NCBI GenBank assembly: GCA_032718475.1
Contig: JAUCBJ010008846.1
Location: forward strand, 1-64,000
Reading direction: 5' to 3'
DNA from: Nemertoderma westbladi
Taxonomy: Eukaryota > Animalia > Xenacoelomorpha
Length of the DNA stretch: 64,000 bases
The first letter of the stretch is position 1; each line of letters starts with the position of its first letter. Below, piece after piece: positions 12,256-24,200 of this stretch. The position numbers and the translations under genes are program-made. Below the pieces are notes generated by a model, which made no database searches, was not told where the DNA came from, and worked only from the letters and a program-made list of their open reading frames with translations.

Positions 12256-12414
12256 TCTCGCCCTACACGGAAATTGTAACAGCGGCGATCCTAAAGATGC
12301 AAGAAGACAATATTATTCTAGGTTGGAAGAATTTTGCGTGGACTTTAAAGGGGTTCCGAAACGGGCCGAGGACGGGAAATACCAATGAGTTATGGAACGA
12401 AAAGATCCCAGAAG
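12256..12414 (+). CDS. iGluR exon: end of S2 and extended S2-M4 linker
   Basis: Acceptor gaattacAG (12254-55) with phase 1 matching the previous exon. Reads (L)SPYTEIVTAAILKMQEDNIILGWKNFAW..., matching the iGluR SPYR..I..AIL.LQE motif. Phase-1 donor G|GTTGGA at 12415; an alternative identical donor lies at 12322, so the 3' boundary is uncertain. Confidence 0.85.
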
Positions 12415-12437
12415 GTTGGAACTCTAACAAATATATA

Positions 12438-12565
12438 GGCGCACCAATAGCTAGGTGCACCACTAGTTAGGCGCACCACTAGCTAGGCGCACCAGTAACT
12501 AGGCGCGCCACTAGCTATGCGCACCACTAGCTAGGCGCGCCACTAGCTATGCGCACCACTAACTA
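12438..12565. repeat. 16-bp minisatellite (GGCGCACCACTAGCTA) x8
   Basis: Eight tandem, slightly varied copies starting about 24 bp downstream of the exon donor. Confidence 0.95.
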
Positions 12566-13389
12566 GTACTATTTGGCTTTCTCACTCAGGAGTAATTCAT
12601 AATGTAAATGCAAGTAATACACATCTGTGGGTTCTTCGCTCATAAATAAGTGTAATGAGCCTTTGTGTAGCTGTACAATTAGTAGAAGTCTGTCTGTGTG
12701 TAGAATTTCTAGCATTTGATAGACTACTATGAGTGTACCAAGTTTGGTTTCATTTCATCCATGATTGACGGACTTATTAGCGTTCAATTCAAACTGTCTC
12801 TAGGACCAAAGACAGTACAGAAATTATACCGCTACGTAGCCTACTGTAGTTAATAGACTACTGTAGACGCACAATAGACTACTGTAGTTAATATCAAAAC
12901 ATTATACACTGACAATCAAACAACTATTCTTATTCATGACACTTCCTCTGGTGTCTAAGTAAATCGCTTAGATTTAATAAATTTAAAATGAAAATATAAT
13001 TGAATTAATATTTTAGTAAAACAGTTAGCTGTGAGTAAAAACTATATTGGGAAGTAGATTTTTAAAAACGTCAAATAAATAGGATCAATCCAATTAAAAA
13101 AATAGTTATATTACAGTCTATTAGTTCTTAAAATATTAATCAATAAAATAGTTATTAAAATGTAGCGTTTGAGTACGAGGTCAAAATTGTGTAATGAGTT
13201 GATGATAAAAAGTTGTTAGAAACTGTAATTTACCTTTAAACTGTATGACAATAAATTATGCGATGATATGGGTGTCTTATGGGTGTGGTGGGAAATTTAA
13301 ATTTAAATACTATAGTTGTATTATAGTTTATCATTGCGCTACCGGCAACTGGTACTGAGCATCTACAATGTTTGTGCTGAACTGCGCCT

Positions 13390-13780
13390 ATCCCATATAA
13401 TGAAAGTATGCTGAACATACGTGAGCGAGAGACTGGAATCAAAGGCCTTGAAGAAGTCAACAAAGATAACAGCCAGATGCCTGTCTTTCTTTTTTGATAA
13501 CTCTTCAATTATCCTTCTAAGTGCCAAAATGGGTTCCATGGTCCCACGACCTTTACGGAACCCATTCTGATTTCCACGGAGCAGTCTCTCAATGGGATCC
13601 CTGATGCGATTTAATAGAATTCTATTTTATAGCTTTGCAGCAATCGAGATCAATGAGATTCCCCGAAAAGAACCATAGAGTGTTAGGTTGCCCTTCTTGG
13701 GAACTGGCACCAACTTATTTGTTTTCATTTCTTGTGGGACTCTTGTTGTTCGGTACATGTCTACTATGATGGGATAGATG
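13390..13780 (-). mobile_element. Internal RT fragment of the RTE LINE family
   Basis: Reverse complement is nearly identical to about 25625-26014 (IYPIIVDMYRTTRVPQEMK...FSILSLYGI). It has an in-frame stop and a 1-bp insertion and no 3' tail. Confidence 0.95.
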
Positions 13781-14207
13781 TAGGCTGCCGACTGTAGGGG
13801 TCCTTTTTTTACACCCTGAACCAAGTGTGCCTCCTGGGTTAGGGTACCTAACAATGTTAGAGGAGCATCCAGTATAGACAGAGCGGGGCGTGTATCATCT
13901 CTATTGCAGATACGTATCAAGCCTTTGCCTTCAATAGTGCCCGAGGCGCTATAGCGCTCAATGACTTATTTAGTTGACGGGACTAAAACCAACCCACACT
14001 TGATCATCTAAATAATGACTAGGCTATGCTTATCGGGCCTGCCCTACTGGGCTGCCAGCTACAGTTAGTACCACATTACTGCCATAGTGGTAGCAGGATC
14101 TGGGGACCTGACCTGACCTAATAAGTACAGTATAGTAAGTACAGTAATGAAGTACAGTATATAGATGCTCTGTATTTCCTGTACTGATAAATTTGTATTT
14201 CTCTCAG

Positions 14208-14383
14208 GTGAAGATTGTGCAAAAATCAGAGAAGCTGCTGCCGAAAAAACTGATGCCAATAGTCTCACGTGGGAAAATATAGGGGGTATTTTTCTTATAC
14301 TGGCGGCCGGTACCGGATTAGGTGTCGTTGTCGCCATCATTGAGTTTATATGGAAAGCGAGAAAAAATGCAGAAATCGACAAG
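14208..14383 (+). CDS. iGluR exon: conserved Cys, pre-M4 and M4 transmembrane helix
   Basis: Acceptor tatttctctcAG (14206-07, phase 1) and donor AAG|GTATGT (14384). GEDCAK...ANSLTWENIGGIFLILAAGTGLGVVVAIIEFIWKARKNAEIDK matches kainate-type ASAL...NIGGIFIVLAAG...EF.YK..KNA..EK. Confidence 0.95.
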
Positions 14384-14464
14384 GTATGTGTAAACGTATG
14401 TTATTCATTGATTAAGTAAAAGTACATACCGGTAATATACAAACATGGAGGACAGACAAATATG

Positions 14465-14621
14465 GGTTCCCATTGATCCTTGATTCCCATTTATCGACCA
14501 AGGGTTGGGGTAGGCTGCAGCATTTAAAGCACTGTACCCAAACAGTGCTGTCCCATCTAGGGATCGAACCAGGGCTCCCTAATTGGAAGACCAGGAATGT
14601 CAAAACTAGACCAAGCTGCTG
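14465..14621 (-). mobile_element. tRNA-derived SINE-like fragment (possibly tRNA-Gly head)
   Basis: Minus strand has A-box-like TGGTCTAGT, an anticodon-like arm CTGGT-CTTCCAA-TTAG and B-box GGTTCGATCCC, followed by non-tRNA body sequence. It does not form a complete cloverleaf. Confidence 0.5.
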
Positions 14622-14782
14622 TAATAAATACACTAATAATAAAGTCTGACCTCCAATGGACAGGACAGGACTCCGTCAACTGTTTGCAACCTTTTCTGAT
14701 TCTGGAATGACTGGATCTCTAATTCCTTCGAATTAAATACTACGAACCGTTAATTATGAATGAATTAATAGTGGAAACTGAA

Positions 14783-16490
14783 TTGCCCTGCTCACTCCCA
14801 TCCTTCACTGTTCCGTCATGGTGCTGTCCTTGCCCTGTTCACTCCCACCCTTCACTGTTCCTTCCTGGTGCTGTCCTTGCCATACTCACTCCCATCCTTG
14901 ACTGTTCCTTCCTGGTGCTGTCCTTGTCCTGCTCACTCCCACCCTCACTGTTCCGTCCTAGTGATGTCCGTGCCCTGCTCACTCCCACCCTTCACTGTTC
15001 CTTCCTGGTACTGTCCTTGCCCTGTTCACTCCCACCCTTCACTGTTTCGTCCTGGTGCTGTCCTTGCCCAGCTCACTCCCACCCTTCACTGTTCCCTCCT
15101 GGTGCTGTCCTTGCCCTGCTCACTCCCAGCCTCCACTGTTCCGTCCTGGTGCTGTCCTTGCCCTGCTTACTCCCACCCTTCACTGTTCCTTCCTGGTGCT
15201 GTCCTTGCCCTTCTCACTCCCACCCTTCACTCTTCCTTCCTGGTGCTGTCCTTGCCCTGATTACTCCCACCCTTCACTGTTTCGTCCTGGTGCTGTCCTT
15301 GCTCTGTTCACTCCCACCCTTCACTGTTTCGTCCTGGTGCTGTCCTTGCCCAGCTCACTCCCACCCTTCACTGTTCCCTCCTGGTGCTGTCCTTGCCCTG
15401 CTCACTCCCACCCTCCACTGTTCCGTCCTGGTGCTGTCCTTGCCCTGCTTACTCCCACCCTCCACTGTTCCGTCCTGGTGCTGTCCTTGCCCTGCTTACT
15501 CCCACCCTTCACTGTTCCTTCCTGGTGCTGTCCTTGCCCTTCTCACTCCCACCCTTCACTGTTCTTTCCTGGTGCTGTCCTTGCCCTGCTCACTCCCACC
15601 CTTCACTGTTCCACCCTGGTGCTGTCCTTGCCCTTCTCACTCCCATCCTTCACTGTTCCTTCCCTGTGCTGTCCTTGCCCTGCTCACTCCCACCCTTCAC
15701 TGTTCCACCCTGGTGCTGTCCTTGCCCTGCTCACTCCCACCCTTCACTGTTCCTTCCTGGTGCTGTCTTTGCCCTGCTCACTCCCACCCTTCACTGTTCC
15801 TTCCTAGTGCTGTCCTTGCCCTGCTCACTCCCATCCTTCACTTTTCCGTCCTGGTGCTGTCCTTGCCCTGCTCACTCCCACCCTTCACTGTTCCTTCCCG
15901 GTGCTGTCCTTGCCCTGCTCACTCCCACCCTTCACTGTTCCACCCTGGTGCTGTCCTTGCCCTGCTCACTCCCACCCTTCACTGTTCCTTCCTGGTGCTG
16001 TCTTTGCCCTGCTCACTCCCACCCTTAACTGTTCCGTCCTGATGCTGTCCTTGACCTGCTTACTCCCACCATTTACTGTTCCTTCCTGGTGCTGTCCTTG
16101 CCCTGCTCACTCCCACCCTTCACTGTTCGGTCCTGGTGCTTTCCTTGCCCTGCTTACTCCCAGCCTTCACTGTTCCTTCCTGGTGCTGTCCTTGCCTTGC
16201 TCACTCCCATCATTTACTGTTCCATCCTTGTGCTGCCCTTGCCCTGCTCACACCCACCCTTCACTGTTCCTTCCTGGTGCTGTCCTTGCCCTGCTCGCTC
16301 CCATCCTTCACTGCTCCCTCCTGGTGCTGTCCTTGTCCTGTTCACTCCCACCCTTTACTGTTCCCTCATGGTGCTGTCCTTGCCCTGCTCACTCCCACAC
16401 TTCACTGTCCCCTCCTGATGATGTCCTTGCCCTGCTCAATCCCACCCTTTACTGTTCCCTCCTGGTGCTATCCTTGCCCTGCTCACTCCC
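14783..16490. repeat. 47-bp satellite array, left block (about 36 monomers)
   Basis: Consensus CCTGGTGCTGTCCTTGCCCTGCTCACTCCCACCCTTCACTGTTCCTT. It ends at GCTCACTCCC|TGT, the BEL LTR. Confidence 0.99.
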
Positions 16491-17001
16491 TGTGACGGGA
16501 TCCACAAAGGATCCCGGTTTATCCGGTTTTCGATTTACGCGTCGCGTTCCCGCCATGTGTGTGTAAAAGGTGGATGGTTGTTGATTGCTGTATAAAGTCC
16601 TCCGGTATAATAGTATAGATATGGAATAAGATGTCTGCACAGTGGTTACGCAACGGTAATTAAAGTTCCGGTCCTATCCTAGCTAAACCGACCAACACAA
16701 TGAGATAACTGAAATAACTGATTACTGTCAACTGGTTATATTGCACGGGTTGGCCTTGTTACTGTACCTAGCCGGTGCCTCCCTCCCATTGGCTGATATC
16801 CCTGTTGGCGCCCTTTGGAGTGTTTCCCCTCACTCCTGCTATTCTCTCTCGGTCAGGGGTGTGGCCCCTGACCCTTATTGTGTGTTTCTCCTTCCCATTT
16901 TATTGGGGTGGCACGAGATTGGGTAATCAACCTCGTGGCCCCCAATATTGCTTAACGGCTTACTTTATGGGTTTGTGGTAGCGGAATTGAATAAGCTAAC
17001 A
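16491..17001 (-). repeat. 3' LTR of BEL element 1 (511 bp)
   Basis: TGT...ACA termini (minus strand TGTTAGC...CGTCACA), immediately after the PPT and abutting satellite. No second copy is available to confirm the boundaries. Confidence 0.8.
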
Positions 17002-17010
17002 CTCCCCCCA
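17002..17010 (-). promoter_or_regulatory. Polypurine tract of BEL element 1
   Basis: Minus strand TGGGGGGAG directly precedes TGT of the LTR. Confidence 0.8.
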
Positions 17011-17707
17011 TGCTATCTTCCCGGTGAGAAGATAGCATCCTCCTAAAGTGCGCTACAATTCCGCTGGATCCCGATCTAGCATCGGGTGTGGGGTGGAACT
17101 ATTTTCTCTCGGAGCCGGCTTTCCAGGCTGCTCCCTATGGGTATGATAATGCTACCCGGTTCGCCTGGCGTCCCATGTCGGGCCGATCGTGCGCTCCTCT
17201 CACACGACTTTTGTTTCCCCAACACTTTCGCCACTTTAGCCCCACTCTGTTCTCACCCTGACTCTCCTCTACTTCTCCTTCTTTTGCTCTAACTCTCGGA
17301 CTTCCCTGTCCCTCACTCAGTCTCTTATCCTCCCCCCCCCACACTTGAATTGCATCCGCACTTTCTCCGCACTCCGCACTATCACCTTTACTCGACCCCT
17401 CTTTGACTACCCCATCCCTTCTGACGAGTCTCACCCCCCCTCCTGTGCCGTCGCACTCAAGAAGTGTGAAATCGTCTGGTGTCTCGTCCATAGTACCATA
17501 GTCAGTTAGCCCCCCAGTCCCAGTAGCTAATTGAGAAAGGTTGAATGACTATAGTGCTTACTTCGAACGTATATTTCATTACTAAACTACTGATTACTAC
17601 GTACGTACATATAAATTGCACTTATTTGATTATTTAGATTACTTGAATTTGTACTTAATAGTCCGCACGTCTCACGTGGCGCCTTCCAGGCGTACCACAT
17701 CGAAGCC

Positions 17708-20257
17708 TCAGTCTATCCCTCCTGACTTTGGGAACCACCTCAAGTCTTTCCCTTTGCCGTCCTCCTCCCTGGGTCGTTTCCTGGTCACTACCGCTCCCCT
17801 GGGATCCGCTTTCTGTCTTCGGACTCTCGCCGCCACCTCCTTACTGATCCCGGTCGTTGGCTCCTTGGGTGCTGGTGTTATCAGCTCCCGATATCGCTTC
17901 GCGGGTGGCCCCTCCGAGTGGCCCTGTTGTCTCCCCCTGGTGGCGTCCCATAAGATCATCTTCATTGCTCGCGGCACGTGCTCCGCCAAGAAATCCCTAA
18001 ACTCCCCTCGGTTCTGTGGCGTCCACCTGTCCAAATACCTTTGAGTATTCATCACCCCGGCATACGACGCCGCCGTTGCTACCTCTTGATAGGTAAACGG
18101 TAACCTCCGCTTTATGATTTCCAAGTGAGCCTCCTGATTGATAAGGAAGAAACCCCACTTGAACTCCTGGGCCTTCATGCATTGCCGCGTCATGGCCCCG
18201 ACATCGGCCCACTCCTCGAAGATTTTGAACTTTTCTTCATCGTCCATCCAGTCACACTGGCGTCCGTAGTGTCCCCGAAAGTTACACTTCGGACATCGGT
18301 TATGCAACCGTGGACACACCCCATCCTGTGGCTCGACTCGCGGCAGTAGAGACAAAAGGTCCCCTTTTGGAATCGGTACAAACAGCTCCTTTCCTGGTGG
18401 GTCTGTCTCCCACAGTAATCGCAACCGAGTACCAATGTCTCCCGCCCCACGTTGTCTTTCATCCCAAGCGATCTCCGCGGTCTGTGGAGTCGCTGGTAGG
18501 CGAACTTCTGCACGTTAGTGTCCCTGTCTACGTCGATCTCCTCGCCCCTCTCGGGCATTGTCTCCCCGAATACTACCCGTGGTGCCGTCCCCGGTTGCTC
18601 GCCCAACCTGATAGTGCTCCCCGCGAAATCCATCGCAGGCACCTCGTGCACCCAGGCCCGCTTGCCGGGTCTATCCCAGAAGGCCCTCGCCTACTGGCCG
18701 TCACCACCCTCCCGCCAACCCAGTCCGTGTCCGAGTGGCCAATCCTCTCGATGGGCGGCATCTCTCCGAACTCGTCGTTGTCTCCGTCCTCCTCTGGCAG
18801 TGGTTCCAACCCCGGTATCCCGATGGATCCACTATGTCCCTTCCCACCTTGGCTCTCGCCCGTAGCTCTCCATCCCTCTAGCTCCCCTAACTTCCTTAGC
18901 GGTTGGTCGCCTTCGGCGCCCGCTGGTAAGGGCATCGCTTGCAACCCCGACGTCGACTGTTTCGGCGATCCCACCGTCCATCCCAGTTCTCGCCCTAGAG
19001 ACTCCCCCGAACTCCCTGATGAAGTCCAACGAAGTTCGTCTAAGCCTGCCTGTTCCTCGAAGCCGTAACTCTGCGTCCTGGCCTCCTCCTCCCTCTCCTC
19101 TGCTTCTATCCTCTCCCGTCTCGCGACTTCTTCCAGTCGCTTTGCCTCTCGTCTATCCGTCTCTAGCTGCTCCCATCTCTGATACGGCGTATCTATCTCC
19201 CCATCTATCAGATGTCGGCTGTTGTAGTACACCGACTCGCCCTTCAGCCCCGGGTGGTCTACCAGACCGTCGAAGGCCGTCTTAAAGGCTCTCCTGTAGC
19301 TTAGGGGTGATCCCGATAACAGAAATGCCGCTGGTTCCCTCTCGATAACCACGGTCATGAATAAGTTAAGCAAACTTATCATTATCCAATCTTGCTGCAG
19401 GATATATCGCTTCTGATATACCTTTATCGCTCCTCTTCGGAATTGATACACCTCTTGCTTTCCTGGCCTCGCTCCCCACTTCAGCGAGTTCGCCAACTCT
19501 GCTCCGTACTCTTCTCTGAACTTTCCCCAGTCCGTCGGCTTATGACACACGAGCCCCAATAGCTGGCCCATCGCCACCGCTCCGCACTGGCCTGTGTTCT
19601 CCACTACTCCCAACCCGTCCGGTACTGTCATAGCCATGAAGACCACCTGCATGTCCAGAAGGTTGGGGGTGTCCGGACCGATGATTCTCTCCGCGTCGTT
19701 GCGAATCGCCGATCCCACCTTCGTCGTCGACTTCTCTCTTACCAGGACTTGCACCGCTTTCGGCAACCGGTTTAATTTCGGCCCGTCCTTTTTCCCATAC
19801 GTTCCTAGATCGAATAAGAAAATGTCCCCATTTGGCGCGGCCAAATGTAGGAGTATGGTCCTGGCCGACCCCGCTGATCCTCGTCTCGAACCCTCCTCGT
19901 CTTCCACGGTTCCCTCGTCGTCTAGGATCATATATCCTCCCCTGTTGACGGACTCTATAAACCTCTTCCAATCCTTCTTCGGCGACTCCCTCGGGTACTT
20001 CGGAATCCCGAACTTCGCCTCGTCCCCTTTCACCACGTAGTGGAAGTGTTGGAAGATCGCGTTGTCCAGCGACGGCGTCCCGTTCGCTGTTCGTGCATCT
20101 CCCGGAAGTGGTCCTGCAGCGCTCGTGCCGCGTGACCCTTTTCCAACCTCTCGTAGTATCCTCTCGTCTTCTCTTCCGGATGCCTCTTGGTGAAATCCAC
20201 CAATATCTCCTTTCCTCCTTGTTCCGCCTTTCTCTTTCTGATCAGTTTTCCCGCCAT
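17708..20257 (-). pseudogene. Cargo ORF (about 850 aa reconstructed over three -1 frameshifts): DEDDy 3'-5' exonuclease, coiled coil, three CCHC zinc knuckles
   Basis: ExoI ILDDEG; LLHLAAPNGDIFLFDL...LPKAVQVLV; ExoII KVGSAIRNDAERI; LLDMQ; ExoIII-like QKRYILQQDW. E/R-rich helix follows. Knuckles are CDYCGRQTHQERSC, CLYCRESSHRMG/VC (restored by adding one G to the run at about 18320) and CPKCNFRGHYGRQC. Confidence 0.75.
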
Positions 20258-20740
20258 TCCGAACACTCTCACTCGCTCACCTGTAAGGTGGTGCCTTACC
20301 AAGGCGCAATACAGATGAGTGATAAGTTTCTGATGGTCTGCACAGTTCGAGAATGGCCTATTTCCTATCTAACTACGCCTTTTAGCCTAAATTTCTATTA
20401 CCTAATTTTGTAGCTAACAAATGTACCCTATTTGCAATTTCTGTCTGTTGTTTTAATTATGTTCCAGAATAATTTCCCTGCTGTTACCATAATTTGTAAT
20501 TTTTAGCCCTATTTATTCTATTTATTTTTAATTTAACTTAATTCTACTACTTTACTGTTTATGGATTATTCTATTTCATAATCCACATTCTGACCTACTC
20601 TATGGGCCTGTGCAGTACAGCAGTATATGTCGCGTGGCCTACACGATCTATCCAACTGTACTCATATGCCCCCCTCTCGCTACTAACTACTGACTAATAT
20701 CTATACTATATATACCCTTCCACCTCTATCTCTTACTAAT

Positions 20741-21205
20741 CGGTACTATGTACCCTCTTACTAACCTCCAACTAACTAGCGGTACTACGTACCCTCTAAC
20801 TCTTACTCTCTCTCCCTAACTAGCGGTACTATGTACCCTCTAACTCTTACTCTAACTCCACTAACGGTACTATGTACCCTCTTACTACTCTCTAACTCCA
20901 CTAACTATCGGTACTACGTACCCTCTTACTAACTTCCAACTCTACTCTTACTAACCGGTACTACGTACCCTCTTACTAACCTCTAACTCCACTAACCTTC
21001 TCTACTAACCAACGGTACTACGTACCCTCTAACTAACTACTCTAACTCTACTAACCATCGGTACTACGTACCCTCTTACTACTTCTCTAACACCTCTAAC
21101 TAACTGACTCCTAACTCTCGGTGCTACTTACCTCCTAACTAACTAACTAACTAACTCTGGGTACTACGTACCTTCTAACTAACTCCTAACTAACTAACTA
21201 ACTCT
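20741..21205 (-). repeat. Array of about 10 palindromic CGGTACTAYGTACCCTCT repeats with variable CTAAC/CTACT-rich spacers
   Basis: Repeats at 20741, 20780, 20824, 20865, 20909, 20956, 21013, 21059, 21119 (degenerate) and 21159; spacing 39-60 bp. Confidence 0.92.
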
Positions 21206-24200
21206 AATTTTTATTTATTTTATTTTTTATTTTATGTGTGGGAAGGGCGTCTCGCCCTCAATCCCACCCCCCTCAGTCCAAAACTTGGACGACTAAACTA
21301 CACTCTAACTCCACCCTAAGGTGCCCCTTCTAATAGACAGCATTTCCCTACAGCTCTCCTGTAGGTTTTTCTGTCTTTCGCACCTATCTTGCCACCTATC
21401 CGCACTTCTACCGATCGGACTCTTCCGTCCTCATCGGAGTAAGTGCCTACAACTCTCGCCAACCGCCACTGGTTGTTGATGATGGTATCATCCGTAACGA
21501 TTACGAGATCTCCCTCTCTTAACTCCCTATTCGACTTCCTCCACTTGCTTCTTTTGTGAAGCGTGGGTAGGTATTCCTCAACCCACCTTCTCCAGTACTC
21601 TGCGCTTATCGCTTTAGCGACCTTCCAACTCTGGCGGGAGTGTATGTCATCTGGGTCTACACCCCGCATATCGATGGTCGCTGGCCTTTCCATTAGAAAA
21701 TGGCTGGGCGTCAGCACATCTAATGACTCAGGGTCATCATTCTCCGGATATAGCGGTCTGCTATTAATGATACCCTCGCACTTCGCAAGTACTGTTCTCA
21801 AGACGTCCTCCGTGACCATGTGGGTGTTCATTAACTTCGTCATGAGACGCTTCGAACTGCCCACCAGTCTCTCGACGCATCCTAGTGTATGTGGTGCATA
21901 CGGCGTCCTTCTCTCCCACTTTACTTGTCATCGTCTCATGGCCGCCCTGACTTCCTCCCCTTCCAAGATCTCCAAGGCCTCTGCCATCTCGTTCTCTGCT
22001 CCCACAAAGTTGGTTCCGCTGTCGGAGTACATTACTGCGATTGTCCCACCTTTGCGGTCTCTGAACCTTTCTAATGCATTAATAAATGCTGATGCGGTTG
22101 CATCTTGGGCGAGTTCTATCCCTACCGCCCGCGTGTTGTTACATACGAAGATAATACCGTAGCGTTTCTCCGTGTGCCGCATCACCTTGATCTTTATCGG
22201 CCCGAACATGTCCACACCGCAATGTGTAAATGACGGGTCGTGCTGTCTTACTCTACTCGCTGGTAGTGGTGCCATCTCTTGTATGGCTCGCTCCTTCTTC
22301 GCTCGTCGGCAGGTCTGGCACTGCCCCACTACCGCTTTTACCTTCTTCCTCAACTGCTTGACCCAAAAGGTCCTCCGTATCTCCGAAAGGGTTCGGTTGG
22401 TGCCCCCGTGCAATATCGACTTGTGGGAGTCCCAGATAATCTGGTGGATTATTGGCGATCCTGTGGGAATGATGATGGGTTTCGGTGGTATGACTATGCT
22501 GTTGTTGTATCCCACCCTGGAGTTCATTACTAGAATCCCGTCGTCATTAAGTTGTGGTGACAGCGTGATCAACTCGCTGTCTCGTCGGAGATGCTGTTGT
22601 TTACCGACGCGTTCCACCTCGTCGCCATAGCTCTTCCGTTGTTCATAGCGGATTACTGCTTTGGCCGCTTCTTCCAGATCTATTGTTCTCCTGATCTTCT
22701 TGCATTTGCCAACTCCCGCGAGGAAATTCCCGAAGGCTCTCCAGTACGCCACTAGTTTCTTGGTCTTGTACCAACTAGAGCTGTAGCTGAGGAGTTTATC
22801 CGTCGGGTTATCGCACAGTTCTTCTGGCTTAGGTTGCACGTCCCTTATCTCCCTCACCATCTGGGAGTATATCTCTTCTCCCTCTGAATCTCCCTCTTCT
22901 CCTTCTGACACTACCTCTCCTGAGCCCGGGTCCACCTTTCTCATCGGCGGCCAGGCCTCCTTGTCGCTCAGAAACTGCGGCCCGTGTTGCCACAATCCTT
23001 CCTTTTTTAAGAAAGTGTGGCGTGCCACGCCCCTTGATAACAAGTCCGCTGGGTTCTCGTCCGTTGGGCAGTAGTGCCACCTTTCCAATTCTGTGGTCAC
23101 CCTTATCTCGTTCACCCTATTCGCGATGAATATAGGGTATCTCGTCCTTTCGTTATGTAGCCAACCAAGCACTACCATGGAATCCGTCCAGTAGTGTGTC
23201 TCCACTATGTTGGGAATAGTATCCACTAGGTAGGCTGTGGCCCTAACTCCTAGTATGGCAGCTGTCAATTCTAGTTTGGGAACTGATGCTGAATCTGGCG
23301 GCGTTGACTTAGCTTTGCTAAAGGCCAGTCTGGGCTTGTGAGCCCCCTCTCGTTGTACTAAATAGAGTGCCGCTCCGTACGCCTCCAACGACGCATCGGA
23401 GAACATGTGTAAGTCCAGATTCGTCATGTTCCCATCCGGGAAATACACTCGCGGCATGTTGTATGTTCCCATCTTCTCCAAACCTTCTGTCCACTTACAC
23501 CACTGTTTCTTGATCTCCTCTGGTACCTCTACATCCCACTCATCCTTCAGTTTCTATACTCTCTTGAGTATCTGTTTCCCCGTGACTAGTAGTGGGGATG
23601 CTAGACCTAGGGGATCGTATATTCTTGCTATGTATGACACATAGCCTCTCTTTGTGTGGATGTCTGCGCCCTCCTGGCTCAGCTGGTACTTCAGTTCATC
23701 TGTCTCTCTGTTCCGCACGATTCCCAGTGCCTTCTGTTGAGATTCTGTCCTCTTGTTCGCCATGTCCTGCCCTTTGGCCGTTGTGGGATTATCCATAGTC
23801 GATTCTGGTCTCTCGTCCCCTATCGCCTTGATAAATTCCTCCGAACTGGATTGGAATTTGGTCAGGTTAAAGCCGGATCCTTTTAGGATGTCACGAACCT
23901 CGCGCCCTGTGTCCAGTATCTCCTTAACCGTATTTCCAGACTCCATTCCGTCGTCTACGTAGAAGCCGCGTCGAATCATATCGACGGCCCTAGTGCTGTA
24001 TCTATCCTCCTTCCCCTTCACTGTATCTCTTACTGCCATAGTTGTCGTAAATGAAGACGACTTGGCTCCCATGTTCTGTACTACCATCTTGTACGTCAGT
24101 ATTATCGACGGTTCTTCGTCACCGTTGTACCACCACAAGAAGCGTTGACTGTCGCTATCTTCCTCCGTTACACGGACTTGGTTGAACATGCCTTCTATGT

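Noticed and set aside
14545-14621. Functional tRNA gene
   Set aside because: D-arm and acceptor stem are defective; better explained as a SINE head.
17135-17491. 118-aa ORF as a further BEL cargo gene or env
   Set aside because: Short and low-complexity with no signal peptide, TM segment or motif; unsupported without other copies.
20741-21205. CRISPR array
   Set aside because: Eukaryotic retrotransposon context, no cas genes, and the spacers are low-complexity and related to each other.
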